Assembly (NCBI GenBank): GCA_001938485.1
Contig: MQRK01249555.1
Span: 1 to 64,000, forward strand
Length of the DNA stretch: 64,000 nt
Origin: Girardia tigrina
Lineage: Eukaryota
Reading direction: 5' to 3'
Shown: one piece after another, positions 53,328-64,000 of the stretch
Layout of the letters: the number at the start of each line of letters is the position of its first letter
Numbering within the stretch: the first letter of the stretch is position 1
Translations under genes and position numbers: made by a program
Notes under the pieces: model-generated
Told to the model about the DNA's origin: nothing
Seen by the model: the letters and a program-made list of their open reading frames with translations, nothing else
Database searches by the model: none

Positions 53328-53463
53328 TTATTGAACATGTTTCAAAGTTTCATAATCCCTCATCAGAAATTAAAATTTTGTTTAAAAATTAACATTATAA
53401 CTAACAAATATTAAATTATAATTGCTGATGATGGGGTATGAAATTTTGAAACATGTTCAATAA
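53328..53463. ncRNA. Inverted pair of degenerate minimal hammerhead motifs (Penelope pLTR/retrozyme-like)
   Basis: + copy ATTG-CTGATGA-TGGGGTATGAAATTTT-GAAA-CATG-TT-CAAT (53421-53461). - copy CTGATGA-GGGATTATGAAACTTT-GAAA-CATG-TT-CAAT (53366-53330). Confidence 0.6.
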
Positions 53464-54749
53464 GCAATTTCTACAAAAAATATTTTTCAAATATATCAAA
53501 TTAGCGTTCACAAGACTCAATAATATATTTATATTTTTTATTAACAAATAAAAAAAAATAAAACATATATATCATAACTATATTTATAGTCTTTTTTAAT
53601 TTTGCATAAGCTATTCAATTTACATTGTTTAACTTATTTTTTTTACTTTTTTATGAATAAAGTTTTTATTAATATTTTTTTGATAAATTGGGAAAAATAA
53701 ATATAGAAATCTAAAAAACGCTAGAATAAAAGATATAATTTAAATTTAAATAAGATTATTTGATATTAGTTTTTTTAGAATATAATATAATATTTATTAA
53801 AACGATAACATCTTTATAAATAATTTATTGCTTACAGTTTTCGTTTATATTTTACTTTTTTTAAAAAAATATTAATAATATATCGCAACTTTCAGTAGAA
53901 AAAAACCTCGATTAAAATTATTTTTAGATTAAATAACCGTAAAATGTGAGGTAATCTAACCAAACAAGAATGATAAAATTATGTTACAATAGTTTGGAAA
54001 TAATAACAGACAAGCAAGTAAAATAAACACTCTTTGTTACCAAACAATAGTATTTCAATACTAAATGAACCTTTTTGTTTCAGGTATTTAGACTTATCCA
54101 GATATAAATATAACTTAAGACAGAGTGGTTAAGCAAGCATATTGCCATTTCAGTCTGGTAGCCAGCGCTTTTATACCAAACACTTGGATGAAATACTACA
54201 ACCAAGCAATTTGGATAGACTGGACTTTTACTACATCTTTTTTTCAAATACATTTCATGAACAAAATGCTTTAAAAATACATTACAATGAAATAAAGATT
54301 ACAAGTTATACGAGTTTTAATAATTAATATGGTTTATCAAAGTTATAAACACAAATTTATGATTATAGAAGCAATGCCATAAAGATTAGTACAAAGTTTT
54401 ACAAATTATTTGAATTTCCTATAATAACCATTTTCTTGATTTTAAAAGCATGATTTATTTTGTTGCAGTATACTTTACTTAAAATTCGTGTACAAATATC
54501 AAAAATAATAGTAAAATACGTTTTCTTGCCATTCTTGTGACTAGTATGAATGCGAGATATTTATTGATATCAAACTATATAACTATTAAAATCGATGTCA
54601 TATAAAACATTAAATATATTCAGCATAGTTCAAGTTTCTATATCACTATTAGAAATTGATGAACTTTGTTAAATCTCCCTCAAAACAAATTTTTAAAAAT
54701 AAATGTAATAATTTATTTTTAATAAAGTGATTTGATTTTTTCAGAAATC

Positions 54750-54850
54750 ACCTTTTAAATTAACGACCTTTACCATCTTTCTGGTAGTTTTTCAATTCCC
54801 CCAAAAAAGAAGACTCTAATTTTGAAGCAATGTTTAAGTGCAAATCTCAG
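54750..54850 (-). mobile_element. Mariner C-terminal remnant
   Basis: Translates FFFGGIEKLPERW. Confidence 0.5.
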
Positions 54851-56708
54851 TTGGTTAAAAATCGAGTGAATACGACCACTATGGAAGAATCTCTCACCAA
54901 GCTCTAAAATCTTGTTTATTTGTTTATCAACTTGTTTATCAACGCGTGGTTTAATGTTGTCATCAGGAAAAATGATTCTATGACTAGATGAGCAATAATA
55001 AATATCCTTTGTACTTCTATATAGTAACACGTGAACTATCCGAATTAAACCTCATATCGGAAAATTATTAACATGTTTTCAACTAAAGAAAATTTCCTCA
55101 TTAATAGTTTGGTAATGGTGAGGTTTGTTAAACAGTATTATGTATTATTTATTTAAAATATCTTAAGAGATGGCATTGTATATTGTAATGCTTTAAATCT
55201 TATATACTTATCTACATTAAATTATTATATCCTTTATTTAAAAGTATTAGATTATTTATTACTCTCGTGTTAAACGTAATGTGTGATTGGTGAATTCAGA
55301 ACTCTACTTATTTATGTACACGTATGCGTTATGCATTGATCCCTTTATGTCTTGTATAAATTGTATTCTGAATTAATGTTTTTTTTATATTGTTGATTTT
55401 TTTGTTGACGATTAATAAGGAAGTGATAATTTGATTGTCATTGAACTTTGTGACTGGTCTTATCATCTTTTCGAGGAGTTCGGCCTACATGATTTCAGAT
55501 GGGAAATCTACAATATTTTGATATTTATTTGATTTCGTATTTTTTTATTTTTTGTCGATCAAAGTGAACTAAATAGAAAATCAGGAACAACAACCTCCGA
55601 TTAAAAATAATTGTCGCAAAGACTAGAAAAAGAAGAATAAAAAAAGGGAATTAACAAGACAATTTCATTCGGATCGGGCAAAGCGTGACAGCGTGATCGG
55701 AAGTGCGCAACATTAATTTAACTTGAATGACAATTATGATATTAATGATTATTATTACTATCATAATATATATTTAAAAATAAAATTTAAAATTTAAAAA
55801 AGTAATCAATTGAATTGCATAGCAATTCACAAATAACTGATATAATAATTATCGCAGCCGTTATACAGTCTTATCAAATTCTGTACGAGACCAAAGACAA
55901 AAACTGACGATTCTGCTACAGAAAATTCGACATAAATTGCTATTCAAAAATTCGCTATATATATTTGACAATACTAAAGGATGAATTTGAATCTCTGTGC
56001 CTTATATATTCGACAATAAAAAAGAGGATGATCTTGAAATTCATTTGCCATATATAATTGACGATAGAAAAAACGGTTAACTATTTATTTTTTTTATTGG
56101 TTAGAACTATCAAACTGTATTATGGTTATCAATATAATCACGTTTATTCGACATTTGTTAATTTTTTTTTATTATTCGTGACTTGCTAAACAGGTTCATC
56201 TAACTGCACTAGTTAGGTCAACCTGATTAGTTACTTCTATAGTCACAGTTAATAAAAATATCAGATCCACTATACGATAACTCGAGGTGTGAATTTGATA
56301 TTTTTATACCTTTATTTAAAAGTATTAGATAAAAGTATTTAGGAAAGAAATTATGCTTATGATGAATAATGTTACTATAATACATCATAATAATGAATAA
56401 AATTTTTAGAAAAAGAAACTTTTTCCTAGAAAAAATAGATCCATAAAATATTTAGAAAATTTCTTTTTTATTACATAAAGCGTGGCTTATCTCCTGTACC
56501 TTAGGGTAAAAGTAACACATTAATAGCTTTGCTGTTCGAATATTCAAGAAAGTTTCTAGATGTAATTATCAATTTTAATTAAATGAATTCTTCGATAAAT
56601 TAATTGAATTTTCTTCTTTGATAAAAGCTAGACAGAATGACAATGTTTCAGGATTTCTGGACTTTCAAGCTAAATGAACACGTAAACTTTCATAACATTG
56701 TTTATTAA

Positions 56709-57277
56709 CCCTAAAATACCCATGCTGGGCTCCTGAGGACTCCAGGCACACAATTTTCGTAATAAATTGTTTGTTTGTACACTTTTGTAAAATTACTACT
56801 AGTTATTTGTAGTTATGTGTTTAAGCATTTGATTCCTCAATATATTGTGAATTGCCATCAAGTGTTTATCAAGTCGACTTTTGTCACCCAGTACAGGATA
56901 TATTTTATACCCCACAAAATTTTAACTATTAATTATTTTTTAAAATGTAAATAATATAATATGATTTGCTCTGTATAAACCTCATCAATGAAACAATAAA
57001 CCACTAATTATTGTTAATGTTTTAATTATTATTCAATATGAACAATAATATTGGGTAGTTTGAAGACTTGAAAGTTTTTCTATACAGTACATAGAAAACT
57101 GCAGCAAATTGTTTGATGTTAAAATTTTGTATTAGAAAATTTGGAAAATATTATATAAATTAATTGTTCTTTGAATATATATTCAAATTTTTCATAAAAC
57201 TAATGAAATTTTTTGGGGTCCTAAATGGACCCCACTTGAGCATATACGTTGGTTTTAATAGCATAGGCACTTAAGGG
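56709..57277. mobile_element. piggyBac-type MITE
   Basis: TTAA|CCCTAAAATACCCATGCT...AGCATAGGCACTTAAGGG|TTAA, with subterminal GGGGTCC/GGACCCC motifs. Confidence 0.8.
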
Positions 57278-58388
57278 TTAATACGAATCTTATCTAATAA
57301 TATATTCATTCCCTTCATATTTCTTTGTATTGGAAGTGATGAAAATAATTCAATGATGATGCCTTCATAAAAGATCCTTATTTTATAATTGAAATAGAGA
57401 ATATTTTAACATACTTCAAAACTCTTACCATATTTTAAATGATTTTGAAAATATTGTTAGATGCTCAGATAGAGTACCATTTACTTTAATTAACCACCAT
57501 GATAACTGTATTTCACCCTTGTTATTTTAAAAAAAATGAATAACGAAGGAGATGCAAATTCATATTATACTACTTAATGAATCTTTCAGTTTTGGAGAGG
57601 GAACCAAAAACACGTTGGTTTTTCTGAATAAATATTTTTTTTATCAAACGTAATTTGTAATTCTATAATGAAACATCAAAAATTATTTTTTTTGTGAATG
57701 ACTATTATTATTAGGTATTGTTATTATGCAAATGTATCGGATCTTACAAGCCGATTATTATGTTCAATGATAAGTAATTTTGGGTAGAGACTTTGAGTAT
57801 ATTTGTATTTGTATATTTATAACATTTGTTACATAAACTTACAAAAATCAGCATATAATTAAAATTTGTCTCAACCTTTGAGGATGATATCTGCCTTAAG
57901 TTAATTTTAATCGTTTGATCTATTGTAAAGAAGGTATTTTCCTTTTAAACTAATGGAATTATAAATATTTATTATACTTCAAATTTCATATTGCATTTTG
58001 AAATCTTTACATAAAAAAGATAAAATTTATTTTTAATCTTTCTTATGAGTAGTCTAGAAATTGACTACGTTATTACTTATAACGGAATACATTTTAATCT
58101 TTACGTTACAGATAAAAGAGATTTAATTTTTTATACAACCCATTGAAAATTCATATTATGTATATACATATAATTTAATTAACCATTTATTATTTTACAA
58201 TTTAAAACGTGTTTCGTTCTTATCAGAAACATGATCATGTGTATCGTCCATTGGTAGAACAGATTTATAAAATTACAAAATAAAACCAAAAAGGAATCTC
58301 TATCAAATACAGAATATTTGACAAATTCTGAATCGATAGAAATAACTCAAAACACTAAAAAGATTTATTTTAAAAATACTAATTGAAG

Positions 58389-58843
58389 TGGTAGTCTCCG
58401 GATCGAACGTTGATGACCAACACCTCGTACTATTGCTAGAAATTGTTGCTCGGCGGGACGAATCAGCATGTCTAGTTCCGATCAGAATTCGATTGGACCC
58501 GGCTGACACCTGACGGTGTACCGCTAAGTAACGGTCTCTCGTTCGAATCGCCGCAGCTTCCCGTACTACATCCCCGTTGCTGTAACCACCGATAAGGCTT
58601 GATGTGGTGGATGATTGCCTCGGTGCCCGAGATACAAGTGTGCATTTGGCGTAGTCGCGGAAATCCGACGGGCTTTGCCGCATTAAGTGGAGCGATGTCC
58701 CAAGTGATCCGGCCGATATGATTCGTCGGCGAGCAATGAGATTCGATTCGCCCCTCATTAGAACGTAAAATTAGGTTTTAGCAAGAAAAGAAAGCAATTA
58801 ACACAGAATTAGCATTTATTGACTTTCAAATCAGATGTCAACA
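58389..58843. mobile_element. Probable GC-rich solo LTR (455 bp)
   Basis: TGAAG|TGGTAG...TCAACA|TGAAT: TG...CA termini with a 4/5 TSD bound the GC island. Confidence 0.55.
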
Positions 58844-61800
58844 TGAATTCCACAGTTTTAAAATAGTGTCATATTATTCAAATAGCGATAATTAGTTTTT
58901 ATTATTTTTAAATTTTCTGTTTAATATTTTACGAGTTTAATTTTTTACTAATATTTCAATTAATTTTTAAAACTTTTAGTAATATTTTGCAAACAATACA
59001 GTTTTAATAAATTTAGTCTTTAATATAATTAATAAATAAACATATTAAAAAAAGTTTATGAAAAATGTTGAAATTCACTTTAGGATTTTATAAAAAATAA
59101 ACATATTTAAAAAAAATTTAAAAATTAAATATAAATAATTTTGATACAATATAATAAGTAAAAAAATATTCAGTTAAATAGTCAAATTTAAACATGATTT
59201 ACTTATCACAAAGTCAAATAAAAATATTTAACATTGTGATAGTTTTGCTTTTTCCATTTGGAATGTTTATAAAAGGGTAGTGATGTAAATTCAATAATGA
59301 CTCTCAAAACTGTCTTTCAGAATGCGTATCGAAATTTGAAGCCAAAATTTAAAATTCATTCTTTACACCCTCTATTTTTTATTCTGACACGACTTTAAAT
59401 GCTAAAAGACTTTATGCGTCCGATTTTTTTTGTGTGTGCTCCCTAATACGAGTACGGAGATAACGACGTGTTTCTTCAATATACGAATTTTGACATCCGT
59501 GACATAAACATTTATAAAAAAATATTAGATCGAACACCCGAATATGTTTTTGATTTTAACGAGAAAAACCTTTTATCTTTGAAGTGACAGATACAACTTT
59601 TAAATCATTGTTTAGGAAATTAAGTAAGGCATGTTTAAAATTAAAATAAATTTCAGAATGACACTTTCACAATTGCTTTAAGACCCTCTTACAATTCTTC
59701 TTTCTTGATTTTGAACTTTTTTCTTTCATCAATCTTTTAGTCTAATGTCTGTTTCAAACGCTTATCAAAAACACAGAGTATATATTCTTACTCAGTCTCT
59801 TCCTCAAAATGTTCAAACCTTAGTGAGTTAAAAAAGGGTTGAAGATGAAGACCATACTCAGTGTATCAAGCCTTTCGAAAGACCACTTTTGTATTTTGCC
59901 ACACAAAAATTGTTTGGTGTAATATACAGTTCTGTGTCCGTTCTCGTTCTGTGGATTTCTGTCGCGTAATTACCATTTATCTTTTTAATAAAAAAATCAT
60001 GGAAAGCGTGTCTGTTATTAGCTTTCGTCTCCACTGTGAACTTAATGTTAATTTCAACATTTTTATAAACTTTTTTTTAAAATATGTCTATTAATTATAA
60101 TAAAGACTAAATTTATTAAAAGTATATTTTTTAAAAAATATATTAGTGTTTTTCTCACATTATTTTTTGAGACGAGTAAACTTATCGTTACTCTTTATAA
60201 TACAGAGCGGGAGCGGAGTTTACTCGTTTTCTTGCACGAAGCTGTAAACTTGTAAACAAGGGGCTCTAAGCAGGTGCATGGAGTGCGTTATATTGTAGGC
60301 GTTATCCAATCTATCTACCTGCGGATAAAATTAGTTTGAGATGGAAAAAAATAATAAAAATGTCCTACTAGATAGTGTTAAAATAAATATTTTTAGTGTT
60401 TTGAGTTATTTATATCCAATCAGAAATATGATTTATTTTCCATTAAATATTTAGACTTGCATAAAAATATTTAAATAAGAATAAATTCCAATATTTTCAT
60501 ATAATCTCCAATGCTCATTGTATTTCCTTTTTTCCTAATATGACTATATCAACATACCTTTAGAAATACAATTAATTCTGATTTCTTTGTTTGGGTGGAA
60601 TTAGTTCTGATTATTTTATATTATTTTATCTATTATTAACAGAATGAGAATTTGATGCCAAATAAGAAAAAAGATCATACTTTTTCAATTATAAATCGGA
60701 AATAATCATTTACAAATTAATGATCCCGTAAAAAGGATTTTCTTTTTAGTTCTATTTTTTGCTCGTTTTTCTTTTATCAATTGATAATTTTAAATAAAAA
60801 ATTAAAAATTCAAATGTAAAATTGATTGCTTTTAAAGAGAAGTTGAAAAAAGTCTTATTTTTCTTCAAGGAAATTCCTTATTACCAACTGAGTATGCAAT
60901 TTAAAACATAATATCACTTGTGATAAAATAAAGTTGAGAATATTTTGGATAAATTATACCACGCTGAACTCTGGTCCTTAATTGAAGGTATTATTTCTAT
61001 AGATCATGTAGTCTAACAATACTACCCTTCAGAAAAACATAACTTCAGTTAAATAGTTGATGTCAATATTTTACAAAATTACTGCTCGTAATGTGAATCA
61101 AAACCTTTTCGTAGAACAGAAAACTGATCTTGTAAAATGGATGAGGTTCTATTATCACAACTCTAACAATGACCAAGAATCTTACTCGATCGACTCAATT
61201 TTAAATTGTCTCTCATTTGGGTTTTGAGATGACAATTTTTCTCTCCAATGTTTGACACTAATGACAAATAAATTTATATAACAGATTAGCTAGCAATCCA
61301 TAAAACTGTCTTCAAATTTTTCCCAAGAAAAGCAGTCACTTATCATGTGATTGAAATCACTTTATTTTTACCTATATTTTTACAAGTACATTTTTAAATA
61401 TAAATTCTTCAGAATAAGGTAACCTATTGATATAAATGTACCTTATGTTTTTTTCGTCTTTAACATTTCTTAACATGTGACCATACATATATTTGTCCAA
61501 TTTCACCTTAATGTTGTGCACTACATATATGTATTTGTAAACGTAGAACCTCATCTATTTTTCTAAGATGCGTTTTCTGTTCTATACAAGACTCTCGGTT
61601 CACATTACGACCTGTAGTTCTATGAATGTCTAATGATAAAACACTACAACCCATCGATTTACATAATTTTTATTATATTACAAGTTTTAGATATATTATA
61701 CGAATTAAAACTTTGAAAATGTATTACTGATTACAATGCAAGAAAACATCAAAACTTGCCATTGATCATATTATATGTTATACGAATGTAAAAAATACAT

Positions 61801-62468
61801 TTATAGATATTCATGTTCTTCAATTGCATTATGTTATATACATTTTTTTATTTCAAATTAATTATTAATTATTAGTCTTAAACTCACACATTATGGTACA
61901 ATGAATATCCATAAAAAGCTGATCACGAAAGCCAATAAACCCGCGGCTAGGATAGCCATAATACCATAAAACACTGATCAAAATAATAAAATCCTTTCAA
62001 TACACAATACGAAAGAGTTTGAATTTTAATTAGCATCTTAAATAGAAGATTAGGTGTTGAACATCTTAAAAAAATAAGAATAAGAATTGCATTAAAAACA
62101 TGGTTTAATTTAAAAAACATTGAGAACATGATTTATATATCAATTAAAAATATCCATGTGGTTTAAATTATTAGATGCGATGTTCTGGTCAAATATTTAT
62201 TAAAATGTAATCCGCAAATGTTTATTTTACTTAGAAATAAAAACACAAGTTCAGAAAAATTCTACAAATATATTTTTTGTCTAATTTAATAATTGAAATA
62301 TAACAAAAAAATTTAGTTTTCTATAATTTAAATATTTCACCAAACTATTAATGTTTTTTTCAATTGAAAAAATAATATGGGGACCTGTTATTAATTAAAA
62401 CAAACTATACGTGGAATACATTATCATTCAAAATTGAACATTGTTTGAAACAATCTTTCTTTAATTTA

Positions 62469-62654
62469 CCATAATTTACTGTGGATAACCCGCACCCGTG
62501 TATAACATGCATCTCAATTTTTGATCATTAAGTTCCTTTTGAAAATAATAATGTAATGTAAATAATAAATAATGTATAATCCACATCCATAATTTTTTCG
62601 AAAAATCGTCTTTTTCCACCGTATTACCCGCATGTTATCCACAGGAAATTAGGC
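62469..62654. mobile_element. Degenerate pogo-type MITE
   Basis: Inverted ends TAATTT(A/C)CTGTGGATAAC. Confidence 0.55.
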
Positions 62655-64000
62655 TATTAAACTTATTGAATTCATTGCGACACCCAAAACAATTAACAAT
62701 AATATACATATTTAAAACTAATACATTTAATCAAAAATAATTAAATTGTTTTTGCAAATAAAAACTTTATTCAGTCAATTTATAACATGCAAAAAATATG
62801 TTAAAACAATGTTGATTTTATTAATAATTTAAAATATAAATAATAATTAAAACACAACAATTTTTATTTCAATTTTATAAAAGAGTAAATAGTTTAAAAT
62901 GGCTTTTCAATAACTTTAGAAAATATAAAACAATAATACAATAAAATGAAGGATTTCTCAAATTTTTATTACCAAACTAATATATTATCCTGATCGGAAC
63001 AGAATGTCGGGATTGTATTGAAAACTTTTTTTTATTTATTTATAAAAAATAATTTAATATTTTCTTCCTCTTCCCATATCGTCATTTAGTTGTTTAAAAC
63101 AATAATTCTGTGTGTTCATTCGAAATTTTAAATAATTACTTATATTATGAATAATTACTATATGTAATTAACATATTTCATATAATGGAATTAGTGTAAT
63201 ATTAAAAAAAAATATTTTTTGAAATTTTATTTGTATAATTTTCAATATAAATTATAGTTTTATTACAAAAATTTTAAAAAATATATGTATATATATATAA
63301 ACTTATATATATATATATATATAATTATAATTTGTTTTAATTAATTCAATGACTTTCAATTTCAATAACTTAAGAAAACAAAAAAATTGAATATTTTTAC
63401 GATTTTTTATGACCAAATTAATAATTTTATAAGGAAAATTTCATTTATTATTTAAAATAATTTAATATTTAAATCTTTTTTGATCATCGTTTTTCAGTTT
63501 TTAAAACAATGTTTTTTTAATTACTTATTTTTGTATTAGGAAAACTAATACTATAACTAATAATAATACATAATTAAATTATTTATTTTTTTCCAAAAAA
63601 TTATTTTTGCATAATTTGTTTTCTGAAAAGTGTAGTTACAATAAAAATATTTAAAATAAAAAAATACACTTAACAAAATTTTATTTTAATCTTTTAAATC
63701 TGTAAATTGTTTAAATGAATTGAAAAAAATTCAGTTTTTTTAAAAATAAGTGATAATTATTAATAACAAATTATTTTTATAAAATCTTTGTTTAAATAAT
63801 TAATTAAAATGCAATTTATATATAGTTTTAATTAATTCAATGATGTTCAGTTTCAATAATACAATAAAATTATTATTAATAATATTAATAGTAATAAAAT
63901 AATTTAATTATTTTATTTATTTCTTGAATTTTCTCATTACAACCAACGAAAGACAAAACTCCAATCCACCAACCTTGTGAGAAAGGAATGTCGGGATTAT

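Noticed and set aside
59673-60273. Possible TIR element
   Set aside because: Inverted match too degenerate and no TSD.

Overview
Very AT-rich eukaryotic (animal) DNA, dominated by transposon debris and containing several N gaps. The AT content, weak GT donors, mariner load and divergent egr are compatible with a triclad flatworm, but this is inference only. Two host genes can be spliced by hand with matching phases, both on the - strand. (1) An EGR/Krox C2H2 transcription factor: exons 35771-35705, 23968-23630, 17165-16741; about 276 aa. (2) Starting only 232 bp after the egr stop, a 4-exon, 641-aa DEAH/RHA-family protein: exons 16508-16326, 13269-12166, 8146-7967, 2381-1923. It keeps the RecA1-RecA2-HA2-OB layout but the ATPase motifs (I, Ia, II, III, V, VI) are destroyed, so it is a candidate pseudo-helicase that may be co-transcribed with the immediate-early gene. 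The rest is decayed and often nested elements: mariner, Tc1/DD41D-like, pogo, hAT, MULE, piggyBac- and Harbinger-type MITEs, a Helitron, Gypsy remnants, solo LTRs and Penelope fragments with minimal hammerhead-ribozyme motifs. No convincing host gene was found from 36 kb to 64 kb.
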